DNA from: the human T2T-CHM13v2.0 reference genome, Homo sapiens
NCBI RefSeq assembly: GCF_009914755.1
Contig: NC_060934.1
Length of the DNA: 64,000 nt
Direction: 5' to 3' (one strand)
This document shows positions 31,221 through 43,858 of this stretch, in pieces. Each line of letters begins with the position of its first letter. The stretch's first letter is position 1. Both the position numbers and the translations under genes were made by a program. The notes beneath the pieces are model-generated. The model ran no database searches, was not told where the DNA came from, and worked only from the letters and a program-made list of their open reading frames with translations.

Positions 31221-32419
31221 GCATGTTGCCCTGGTTTTATGGATAGTTGCAGAGTTATTTCACATGCATTTTCTCTTTGTGGTAGCTATTAACATAAATA
31301 TTCTTATTTGTAATTCTGGCAACAGCCTGGCAGGGAATATTAATGGAGAAGAAAAAAAGCAAAAAAATCCTCCTGTGATATTGCAGTCCACTGAATTACA
31401 TGCTATTGAGGGGCTAATAAAAGAGATGATGATAAACAGAATAACCTTCAGTTAAATACCGTGTTCCCTGTGGATACCTGCTTCCTGTTTTATAGCGTCC
31501 CTCAACTATAGCTTATCGTCATAGATCAGTTAATGGTATGTTTCTTTTTAACCTTCATTGATATCACCCAGTGTTTATTCCCTAGTATTTCATTTTTTAT
31601 TCTCTTAATCAATAAAGCTTTGCTACCCATTTGTCATTAAAAGTGTCAGTTTGTTTTTCATTCCATATATCTGGCTGACTTCCTGCTTGGATGAATGGAG
31701 AAATCTATTTGACTTTGATGGAACTAAGATTATATTGCTAGTAATCAGTGTCTTTTGCATGACAAATCTTGTTCAAATAAAAGTGGTAGAATTTCAGCCT
31801 GTGCCGGTGAGCAATAATACTAAGGACAAACACAATATTCTATTAACAGGCTGAGAATAATCTCTTACACTAGGCCCCAGAATATATCATTTGGTTTACA
31901 CGATAATATAATTTGGACTGTGAATATAAGAATTTTATATTTCTAAAAAAATTACTTGACCATCCTTACATTGTAAATTAAAACATTAAGGTCAGACAAG
32001 AACATTTCTCACTGCTGCCAAGTCCACTGTGGGTTCATCCAAGCCACTCTCCAAGGAAACTTTGCTCACCTGCAAAGGGATAGACCTACCGTACTCTTTG
32101 CAGGATGTTGTGAGGGATTTCACGTAAGTTTTGATGGAGCTTCCAGAATCTTTGTGGACGCGTGGGACTGTAACCCGCAAGGCAGACGGCATGGAACATT
32201 CTGGGGCCTAGGCCAGGATGGGATGCACAATAGCCTAGCAGAGCCACAGAGCCTGGGTCACAGTTGGGAAGAGCCTAGGCTACTTCCAGGAAAAGCTAAG
32301 CAGACGTTCCAGAACTCAGAGGCCGAGAAAGTGATGAGGCCGTGAAGGAAGTGTGAGGAGAGTCAGGGGACCCCTGTGGGCACATGGCAGGTCATGGTGG
32401 GCAGAGGAGAGGCCTAGTA

Positions 32420-32620
32420 CAGGGCCTTGGGGTGGAAGAGGTCTGGGTTTGAATCATGGTTTTGCCCTTATTACTTGCTGTGTAACCATGGGCAACTTAT
32501 TTAACCTCTCTGAGCCTTAGTCTCCTTGTCTGAAATAGGGCTAACAAGAGTATCCATCTTGTAGGATTGTTGTGAAGAAAAAATGAGAGAATATCTATAA
32601 AGTACACATGGTAAGTACTT
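32420..32620 (+). mobile_element. MIR SINE
   Basis: gggcaacttatttaacctctctgagccttagt core. Confidence 0.8.
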
Positions 32621-32671
32621 AATTATTAGGGGCCATTTTTACTTTATTATTGGGGTTAATCTACAAATTCA

Positions 32672-32974
<303 letters not shown>

Positions 32975-33019
32975 TCAGGAGATGTGTCAGTATGCCCAAT
33001 TCAAGTGGTATCCACCTAG

Positions 33020-33397
<378 letters not shown>

Positions 33398-34227
33398 TGA
33401 CCTTGCTTGGCTAACATGATGGTCAGCTTGCTTGGCCAGTATTTACACCTTAGGGGAATAATATTTAGGAAATAGACTGAACTTGCTGTCATAATAAGTT
33501 CTGGGTCTGTTGATACTAAACAGAACTGTGACCTGTGGGGGCTATGAAAACCAGACAACCTAATTTGATCCTGCCTGAATTCTCTGAAAAAGAAATGTGG
33601 TTGCTCATGATCTCCTAAATCTCCTAGCTCAGAGGAATTCAGTGTGCACTTGAAGTCTCTTAGTGGCTTTAATGTTTTTACTTCTTTTGGTGGAGGCAGA
33701 GGGGGAAGAATAAAAACTTTAAAATTTATTCTCTTTTAATTGCACAAAGGTAAGAATCATGCACAGATTAAACTATGTGGCAATTTGCATTTTTACTTGG
33801 GCAATGTTAGCAATATGGGGACCATGAGAAAGAACAGTTTGATTTTATGCATGATACACATGTTCCAACCGAATGCCTCTGGTCCCTTTTAATCGTTAAA
33901 TGCCTCTGGGGTTTTAGCTTATTGGAAGGATCAGGAAGCAAAATTCTAAGTGGGCCAAGTTCCAGAAAGGGAGGGTGAGAGCAGGAAGGTTTTTTCCCCC
34001 TTGCATTTCCCTGGCAAGTGTGATTTGAGATGCACATAGATAAAATGCCTGGCTTGGATCTAAGCAAGGACTAGCAGATGAACTGACTAGACCCTGCTGG
34101 GAAGGCAGAACAGAGGCTCTGGGTGAAGGCTCTGAGATGGTTCTTAACAGCTACTAGAGGGCATTTGGGGATCCCCTTTCAGGTTTACAATTACATTTTG
34201 GGCAGCAAAGTCATACCACTTGATTAA

Positions 34228-34357
34228 CCCATTTATGCCAGAGGTTGCAATTTTTTGAATTTTTGCAATCAGATCTTGGTGATGACCTTGAGCAGCAGGA
34301 TATAAATAACTCCCACATGCTTAGCATTCCAGTAATGGAACACTAGGCATAAATGGG
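34228..34357 (-). mobile_element. MER85 piggyBac MITE (PGBD3-related)
   Basis: TIRs cccatttatgcc/ggcataaatggg; TTAA at left, tcttaa at right; ~130 bp. Confidence 0.93.
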
Positions 34358-36784
34358 TCTTAAAGATGTTGCAGATAAAGCATGCTTGGAGCCAAGAGTT
34401 AGTGTGTCATGTCATTAGAAGAAAAGATAACTTTTCATACCAAGAAAAAGATGTCCTATGAATTAATTTCCCAAGTATTCATTCTTGCTATGGGCATTGC
34501 CCAGTGCCTGAGAACCAGGGTATAAAACTCGAAGAACTGAAATGATGAAACAAACTCTTCGTGATTTTTAAGGTAATACGATGGGCTCGTATTCACTTTG
34601 GAAGTCTTTGAATCTCGCAGCATTTCTCTCCATTGCTAAGTTGATAATGCAGTCAGAGTAGTTTCTAAAATACTTTCATGCTTAAAACATAAAGGCTGAT
34701 GTGGCCCTGGTTGTGTATTGAATTCACAAGCAGAACTCCTGCTGTTAGCCTGAAAGGAAACTATCACCTAGGAATTCAGATAACTGTTTTAAAGTATATT
34801 CCAAAAAAGGAAGCAATATTATGAAACAAAAACGCCTCAAATTTGGAGATGTGGCTTCTAAGGGCAACTTTTATTTTTGTCCCTTTTGCTATACTTCTCT
34901 TCTGCTTCTTTTTATGTCTTTTCCATTGTTTGGGGATTTGTGATCCTTTTGAAATAATTTTCTAATTTAGTCTAAGTTTTAGATAAAATTACTTTGCTTG
35001 GAAGACCCCCAAGAATGATCTTGGGGTACAACTTCCGTTTGTTCTGGTTTCAGAAAATTCAAAAGATATTGCAGCACTGCTGTGAAGCCTAATTAATGTG
35101 ATTAAGTTGCTTTTAAGTTCCAAGATAAAAGCAGCTAGATAGGTATGAAAGAGAGAGCCCCGTTCTTGTCCCTTGTCATTGAATGGAAATGTGTGCACGG
35201 TGGATGGAAATGAAAACTGGTTGACTTGCAAACTGCCTGGTTTCTCTTCTACCTGCACCCAAGGCATTAAAGTATGTGTGTGTCCACATGTGTGCACCCA
35301 TGTACACGCATGTGTGCTTGCATATTTTAAAGCAAAGTTTTGTTAAGACAGACGTTCTTTGAATCTCTTTGGTCCCAAGTATTGCAGTTATGGTTGTAAC
35401 GGGCATTATCCTTGGTTTCCACATTCTATACATAAGATCACAGGAAACAAATTCAAAGTAGGAAAAGCCAAAGCAATTTGCAATTCTGTGTTCAATTAAT
35501 ATGCTTTTTGGAGTTGGAATGTGGTCCTAAGGGAAGAGGAATAGGGTTTGTAGTTTGTGTAGCTTTGAGACCCAAACTGCAAGCCAGTGTGTGCCAAATG
35601 GCGTTCAGGCGAAGGCCTTGGGGAGCCAGGACCCTTATCTTCCTGGCTCAAGACTGGCTTCCCAGAGTTTCTCAAGAACCCAGGGGCTGGAGGCAGGTTA
35701 GCATTTGGAAGAAAACCAGCGCACGCACTGCAGACATATGAACAGTTTAAAGTCTGTGACTGATAGGTTAATTAAGAGGCTTTTAGGTGTAAAACGGTAA
35801 GTCTAAAAATAAATGTGCAGATATATTTGGATTTCTAAATGTATGAGAGACATGGAAGATTATGAATGCCTGCTTTTCTAAGCACAGTGAGTACAGTACA
35901 ACACAGTCGATCAGCACTCAGCTCTTTCTTTGGATGGCATATGACCTGCCTTTGACGATCCCATAACTAACCATTGGTGAAGGGTTTCTTCCCTAGATGG
36001 TGGCTTTTGATGGAGTTAGGAAAACTGCCTGCCAGCCCAGGTCTCATTGCAGAAGTGCCATTTATCATAAAAAAAATAGCAGGTTTCCAGTATTTTCAGT
36101 GCTGACATCATTGGTTTGTTTGATTTTGTGGCTGTGTTTTGTTCTTCTGTCTCCTGAGCCTATTCTTAGGTGATCTACTCATTTTAAAACTTGAAATGAA
36201 CTGAAGCTACATTTTGTGTGGCTAGGGATGACACCCCTATATATTATTTAAAATGTTCTAGAGCATCACAAACCCAGGGGTAGGATCCCTGAATTATGGA
36301 AGAGAAAAATAAACCAGGCTTTTATTTATTTTATTTATCCTTGTGATTCTTTTTTCTCTAAGAATGAATTTTTCCAAATAAAACTTTTTTTCTTCTTTAA
36401 ATAATTTTACCTTCCAGACATTTTTTATTTAAGAATTGTTATAGTCTTCATGATTCTACTCACATTAGACTTTACTGTTCTTGGGGGGCAGAGACAGTGT
36501 CCTGAAGTCTTTCTGCAGGTAAGGTCACAGGTCCTGTGGTGGGGAATATATATATTTTTTCTTTTTTTTTTTCCCTCAGACTTCTCATAGATGAAGGGAA
36601 TATTTTTAATGTACACCCCATAGCACTTGGCACAGTTCTGGCTTCATGACCAATATTCAGGATGTGAGACTTAACACCATATCTATAATCTGTGTGTGTT
36701 TACTTGTTTCATTTTATTTACAGTCAATGATCCTGGAATCGAGAGGTTTCCTTGGAGAACTGAAATCAGATGAATTTTAAATCC

Positions 36785-36896
36785 ACACAGGGTCTCACTA
36801 TGTTGCCCTGGCTGGTCTCGAAATTTGGCCTCAAGTGACCCTTCCACTTTGGCCTCCCAAAGTGCTGAGACTACAGGTGTGAGCCACTGTGTCCTG
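36785..36896 (-). mobile_element. FLAM/Alu left monomer
   Basis: agggtctcactatgttgccctggctggtctc...gtgagccactgtg. Confidence 0.85.
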
Positions 36897-37139
36897 CCAA
36901 GAAATATGTTTAATGTTTGTTTCCCCAGTGTTTCACATAAACTTAATAGAGGAGTGTATTAACATACAGTAGGTCTAGTGCTCATCATGTCTGCTTGGAA
37001 TCTGGGTAGCTTTGTTCCTTGGCAGGAGAGGTGTTTTGCAGCTCTGAGTAAGCCCGTATACCACGGGCAGCCCTCCTGGCTTAACTGCTTGGCTGGCCTT
37101 CTCATCTTAAATGCAGCCTCTCACGGATGGCTCAGTGAG

Positions 37140-37890
37140 AATGGCAGGAAGACCAGCTAAGGAAAAGTAGACCAGGCTAGGGCTCACAATAGCCTGAACC
37201 AGGGCCGTGGCAATGGGAATAGTGGGGAGTGAACAGCTGTGACAAGGGTCCTGGAAAAGTGGCCTCAGGGGAGAAAGCAAACCCAAGTGGGCTGTTGGGT
37301 TTTGTGGCTGGATGCCTGGGATGATGGGCGAGCAGAGATCGGGAAGCCTGGAGGTGTCATCTGGAGGAAAGATGATGAGCTGGGCCTGCACAGATCCAGT
37401 TTAAGGGCTGGGGGGCCTTTGGGGACAACTGTCATCGGGGTTTTAGGAAAGAGTTGAGGCTGTGTGTGCAAACTAGGGAGTGAATGAAGAGAGAATCCAG
37501 AGAGAGGATGGTGGAGGATCATGGTCAAAGCCATGGTGGGAGCATCTTCCTTTAGAAAGCAGGCAGGGAAAACAAATTAATAGCATGAAGGAGTGAAGGA
37601 GTGCAAAGAGGTGGAAATCCAGCCAGCGAGAAGCAATATCTTGAAAGCTGGAGGGGAAGACCATGTCCATAAGTGGGAGTTGGGAGGTGGCAGAGGAGAG
37701 GAGGGCGAGGGAGGGGAGGGGGATTCTCTCAAATGTGCTGAGAGGCTCAGGAGGGTGAGTGGTGGTGGAGACGGGGGTTCTGGACTAAAGTTCGGGAGGT
37801 TTCAGGGTGCTAACCTTGGAGAGCAGTTTTAGGAGGGTGGTAGAGGGAGAAGCTGAATTGAGGAGGAGATGGAGAGGGTTGAAAATGCTC
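37140..37890 (-). mobile_element. Degenerate L2 LINE
   Basis: Purine-rich, L2-like motifs (gccgtggcaatggg, gatgatgagctggg, ttggagagcagttt). Confidence 0.5.
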
Positions 37891-38184
37891 TTTGGGGAAG
37901 TATTTTTGATCCTTCCCTTTAAAAATACCTTTTATTTTCACAATGTCATTAAAAAATCTGGCTGGCATACGGCGATGACAAAAACAGGCAATATAGTATT
38001 TTATGAATAAGCTTACTTTAATAGATCCAGGGGACTGTTTAATGCACTGAAGAATTATTTTTCAGGCATTCTGTGATGTCCAAATTAGGTTAATATACCT
38101 CTGAGAAGTGAATCAGTTACTCCTCGTTGGATAGTAAGGTCAGAACAACTGTTCCTGAAACCTTAGTACACACTAGCTGATAAG

Positions 38185-39680
38185 ACACTGTTGCCCATAA
38201 TGTCTATTTATTGGATCAGCAATTTATAAGTCCCACATTCTCATGCCACATAGCTCTACACAGCTGCAAAAATATACCATAGCTTGCAGGTGATCATTGG
38301 TTTGATAAAAGATATTGAGTCGCTCATCTTGTGAAAGTGATCTTTGATATAAGAGGAGCATCAGCGGGGAAGCTCACATGTCCCGTGGCTCACACACCAG
38401 AAGGTATTTGTGTCTTGTCATTGTCTGTCTGGCAGTCCATGGCAATGGCTTTTTCAGAGAGGCCTGTTTTGTGGTTAACTGTGTGTACCTTTCTTTCCAG
38501 GCCATGGCAAAAAAAATCCAATTATGTCCGTCTTGAGTCTGTGGTCTTAAAAAAAAAAAAGAAAAAAAAGATAATTACTTAAACAGACTTTTTTTTTTCC
38601 TTATTCTAATTTTGTCCTGATCTCTACATAAGGTAGGTTTTGAGGTTTTATGAACATGGTCTGTATATTAATATTAAAGCTCTAATGTATGAAAGTAGCC
38701 TTCATATCTGGTCCCTCTTTCCTCCATCCCTTTCCCAATTTTAAACCTGTTACAATTTTAGCTCAGAAATGCAGAGAAGAAAATTGAAAGCGTCAAAGGG
38801 AAGGTATAAAAACATGAAACTGTGATGGTGTCTACATCCCACCCTTTGGACCTCATGGGGCTGGCAGCACGGGGTGAAGAATGGAATGTTTGTCTATTAT
38901 TCTTCATGCCCTTTCCAGGGGAACCCTCTGAGAATAGGAAGCTAAGAACTTCTTTCAGCATCCAAAGAAGGCCCAACAGTAAAAGTCAAATCTAGAAAGG
39001 CAACTTTGTCAGTGGAGAGTCAGGGAATCATGTCTATGAGACAGATTAATTTAATTACCTGGTGCTACTGCTTCATTTGCAATGATTATTTATTCACTGA
39101 GCTGGCTAAATTATACCCTTATCATTCACCACCTCATTTCACTATCCTGGAGATCAGAGCTGTAGATCTCTTGCGTGTTCCTAGGAATGAATTAAACCAC
39201 CCCTTTAATCCAACGCTAGGCTTTGTGCAGCAAAACGTTTGTTCAGCCGCCCCAGGAGGCGTTCTGGGAGGAGAGCAGGCACTTACCTTGCTTCTTATGT
39301 AGTATTTCCTTTGTGAGCTGAAGATTAATGCATGGATTCACCTCCTTCAGCACATTTCATTTCAATTGTGAAGAAAAGATTCCAGGCACTGAATGTAAAA
39401 TTGAACATGACATTTTGACATTCCTTCTTCTGAGAGCTGGGTTGGTCTTAGTTGCTGTGAGGCTCTAGACACCGACCATACAGGGCGTGGGGCTGCTCCT
39501 GGACATGAACATCCTCCGAAGTTCTCCCCAGTCCACTTTACCCCCTCTGGGCTCACCTCTGAATGTGTCTCTTTGTCCACACAGGCAGAGATTCGCTACA
39601 TCTGGAACTTGGCTCCTCCCAGCTTGAAGTAGCATGAAGATGTGGTTGGGGTGGGGTGGGAAGCGCCATGTTAAACAAAC
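38185..39680 (-). ncRNA. Candidate spliced polyadenylated lncRNA: last two exons (~39680/39600-39287 and 38545-~38190)
   Basis: Minus strand: AAG|GTAAGT donor at 39287/39286; long poly-pyrimidine tract plus AG at 38547-38546; AATAAA at 38212-38207 followed by GT-rich sequence; non-repetitive sequence. Confidence 0.6.
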
Positions 39681-40091
39681 TTGGTAAGGAAAGAGAGCTT
39701 TACATTTCCCAACCCAATCTCCCACCCACAATGCAGGGAGCAATCCCTGCATTCCTGGCTCCCGACTCTCACCAAGGGGTAGCTAAGCCCATGCCAGACA
39801 ACAGACTTGGCATCACTTAATGCTGTTGACAGTATGACCTCACCAGCCCTACCTAGTTGCCCTGAGTAGCTTGTTCAAATTCCTTTCTGTTCCTGTGGCT
39901 TTTCAGTACAACCCTCATCTTCTCTTTGCTGTTTCTCTTAGAATCGGCCAGAAGCAACTTTTATTTGCATCTCATTCTGTGTGCTCTGTGAGCCTGTGAG
40001 TAAGGTCCCAGGGGGTTGCTTCTACCCCTTGAATTGAACTACTCTCAACCCCTCTAGAACTTTACATTTACTCCGATTATGGCTCTTATGC

Positions 40092-40280
40092 AGTGTGATT
40101 TCCCCCGCCACCCCAGGGATAGAGACATTTTTGGTTGTCACAACTCAGGAGCTACTATTGGTATTCAGTGTGCAGAGGCCAGGGCTTCTCCTGAACCCCA
40201 TACAGTACACAGGAAGCCCCCTGCTCCAGAGATCTCTCTGGCCCAGAGTGTCAGGAGTGCTGAGGTTGAGAAGCTCTGCT
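40092..40280 (-). mobile_element. MER20
   Basis: agacatttttggttgtcacaact...gtgctgaggttgagaa. Confidence 0.8.
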
Positions 40281-41554
40281 CTAATGCTATATCATAAACC
40301 ATAGTTTAGCATGTTCATGAACATACTGCAACAGGGCCGGCGGTAAGCACATGGTATCTCCCGTGTCCAGCACAGAGCTGAGCCCATGGTTGGCTCTCAG
40401 GGATGCTCACACCAGAGGAGACACACGATCATACTGTCTGCTATCCCACAGCCTAGGTGTGACTCCATCTGTTTCACTGAGCACTCACTGCTGAGTGCTG
40501 AGCAATGTTTTGGAGCTGGTGCTTTCCCCAAATTTTTCAACTTTTTTGATTCCTCTCCCAACGTCTATGGAGAAAAAAATAAGCGATTTTTTTCCCCTTC
40601 AAAAATGGAGGGAAACCACATAAAATAGTTTTTTTTTCCTCTTAGTACTAAAGACAATGACTTTCTGCAGGTTAGTAAGCCTGAATGGTCTTGTTGCAGA
40701 TATCTGTATCTCCATTGTGCAACCACTTTGGGCTATAAGAGGACAGCCAGAAGCTATAGTTTCATCAGAGGAGAACGTGCTGCTGTTTGCTTTTTGACCC
40801 AAAAATACTCTTTGAAAGTGCAGAGTGCTTGCAACACTGCCAGGGCCTTGTCCTCTCAGGGACAGATGAGGGTGGTTCATGTCTGTAGATTGAGGGTCAG
40901 GAATTAAGAAAAAGAAAAAAGGGGATGAAGCGAAGCCATGATTCTGGATTGTTTGGAACTCAGCTAGACATTTATAAATGTTATGGGGGAATGGAAGAAC
41001 TCAGAGAATTTCAAAATCTAGCAGAGGTTTAAACTTAAGAATCACTCTGCCTGCTTTTAAAATAACAGATGTGTTGGTTTTATTTTACTTCTTTTGAAAA
41101 CAGCTGGCAATGTGACAGTTAACAACATTTTATCGGTTGGTCTCCAAGTGGGTTGGAAATCAAATCAAAATTTCTGCTGCCAAAAATGATAACTCTTTCC
41201 CTGACCAGGGAAATCTTGATTCCTCAGAGTGATAATACTTGCACTTATATTCTGTATTTTCTTCTGCAATAGTCAGGTACTAATATATCATCCTTCTCTT
41301 TGAGAGGTTAGTCCATCTCCCGCCCTGCAGATGAAGAGAAGGAGGATGTTGAAAATGACTCCCCTGAGACAGTGGGCCCCATTTGTGGTTGTCTGATGCT
41401 TTATGAGGATTTCTTTAGAAAAAAGGAGAATAATTGAAGAAATGTGTTATTAGCATTTCTATTAGTTATTTTTCCTGAAAAAGGCAATTTGATGGGAAGT
41501 GAGGCATAAAGAAGGCAGAATGATGATGTTGCTGTGATGATGAAGTCAGATTTA

Positions 41555-41997
41555 TTTTTATAATAGCTTTATTGCGATGTAATTTTCATACTTTACAATT
41601 CACCCATTTTAAAATATGTAATTTAATGATTCTTAGTGTGTTCACAGAGGTGTGCAACCATTACCATAATCAATTTTAGGACATTTTCATCAGCACCCCC
41701 CAAAAACTTTATCATCTTTAACTATTACTTCCCATCCCCTCACTCTCCCCAACCCCCAAATCGCCCAGCCCCTGGCAACCACTTACCTGCTTTCCATTTT
41801 TATGGGTTTGCTTATTCTGGACAATTCACTGAAATGGAGTCATACAATGTGTGGCCTTTTATGTTCACTGCTTTCACTTAGCATAATGTTTTCAAGCCTC
41901 ATCCATGTGGTAACATGTATCAGCACTTCATTCTTTTTATGGCCAAGGAATATTCCATTGTATGGATAGACCACATTCTGTTTATCCAGTTCATCAT
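41555..41997 (-). mobile_element. L1MB 3' fragment
   Basis: Reverse L1 3'UTR motifs. Confidence 0.85.
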
Positions 41998-42243
41998 TTG
42001 TATACACATCACTCAGCAAAATCCCCAGGTGCCTGTTGAGTGCTCAACCAATAAAAGGATAAATCCAGTAGTTTGGCACATATTTGCTGGTGCCCTATAC
42101 GATGTGTCAGATGCTGTTCTAGGAGTTGGAGATTTTCCTGTGAATACAAGAAAGCTTCTGCTCTTCTGGAGCTTACAGCATGCTGGGAAAGACAGGCAGG
42201 GGACAAAGGAACTGGTAACATGTTGGGTGATGGTAAGAGCTAT

Positions 42244-42671
42244 TTTCACACATGTCTGTGTGAAGAGACCAGCAAACAGGCTTTGTGTGAGCAACAAGGC
42301 TGTTTATTTCACCTGGGTGCAGGTGGGCTGAGTCCGAAAAGAGAGTCAGCAAAGTGTGGTGGGATTATCATTAGTTCTTATAGGTTTGGGATAGGCATAG
42401 AAAGTACATTCTTAAGGGCAGGGAAGAATATTACAAAGTACCTTCTTAAGGGTGGGGGGAGAATATATGTATCATTTAGGGTGGGACAGGAACAAATCAC
42501 AATGGTGGAATGTCATCATTAGAGATGATTCTCAGTTCTCCTCCCTAAAGGCAGTCCCATTAAGGCTATTTTCACTTCTTTTGTGGATCTTCAATTGCTT
42601 CAGGCCATCTGGATGTATACGTGCAGATCACAGGGGATATGATGGCTTAGCTTGGGCTCAGAGGCCTGACA
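42244..42671 (-). mobile_element. HERV-H solo LTR (LTR7 family, LTR7B/C/Y-like)
   Basis: Minus strand starts tgtcaggcctctgagcccaagctaagccatc and ends ...ggtctcttcacacagacatgtgtgaaa; perfect TSD gctat (42239-42243, 42672-42676); TATA-like ctataa and AATAAA intact. Confidence 0.95.
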
Positions 42672-42811
42672 GCTATGAAAACCACACGGCAGGGTGGGGA
42701 AGATGGAGAACATAGGAGGGTCATGATTTTACATATCATGACCTGTTCCTTTCTACTGCATAATCCCAGTACTTCCCAGGGAAGTGGGAGCAGAGCAAGC
42801 AAGAAACCAGT

Positions 42812-43858
42812 GTGAAAATAAGTAATTATAAAACTAAGCTGTTGGAACTCTGAAGTATTTTGAACCTTAAAGGAATGTGATTATGGGGCCTGAGTCATGT
42901 GACAGACAACTGTAATGTAGGCAGCTGTAACCTTTGTTTCTCTGATTATAGATTAGTCTTCTTCCCTAACTGCACTGTTTTGTAAAATGTTATAAATGAC
43001 TAAAGAGTGACAGGGAAGACCCTTTCCTTCTTTGCTATTGATCTTCATTTTAGATTACCTTCCCTTTGCCTTTCTTATGGAAAGACTTTATGGCTATCAC
43101 GTTGTCTGAAGATGGGTTATTAAATATACTCTTCATCACAGCATTATTCAGAAGAGCAAAGACATGGCATCAACCTAGATGCCCATCAGTGGTGGACTAG
43201 ATAATGTGGTACATATACACCATGGAATACTACACAGCAATAACAAGAATGAAATCATGTCCTTTGCAGCAACATGGATGCAGTTGGAGGCCATTATCCT
43301 AAGCAAATTAATGCAAGAATAGAAAAGCAAATATGGCATGTTCTCATTTAGAAGTGAGAGGTAAACATTGGGTACACATGGACATAAAGATGGGAACAAC
43401 AGACACTGGAGACTATTGGAGGGTGACAGAGGAAGAGGGGCAAGAGCTGAAAAACTGTTGGGTATTATGCTCACTACCTGGGTGATGGGAATGTTTATAC
43501 TCTAAACCTCAGTGTCACACAATATACTCAGGTAACAAACCTGCACATACCCACTGAATCTCAAATAAAAGTTGGGATTATTTTAAAAAATAAATTGGAG
43601 AGGAGATGAAAACAAGTTGTACAGAAAGGAAAACAGACTGTAAGTAATTAAATTGTTGTCATTCATAAACTAGCCTTGTATAGAAAAATGTTACCCTGTC
43701 AGATTTATTTGTTTTCTGCCTGTATAAGCAAGAATTTAGCTTTAAACTTTGGAACACTGATCCCATTTCTCTGGAGTCTGTCTCTCAAATCGCAGTTTTT
43801 CCCTTGAATAATCTTTTTATAACTGGATTCTGATCTCTTCGATTATTTCAGGCTGGCG
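42812..43858 (+). mobile_element. MER4-group ERV1 LTR (LTR51/MER72-like) split by an L1
   Basis: tgtgaaaataagtaatt...aagctgttggaact start; ...ctggattctgatctcttcgattatttcagg end. Confidence 0.7.
43133..43590 (+). mobile_element. L1PB/old L1PA 3' end
   Basis: catcacagcattattca...aaacctgcacata...aaataaaa. Confidence 0.9.
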
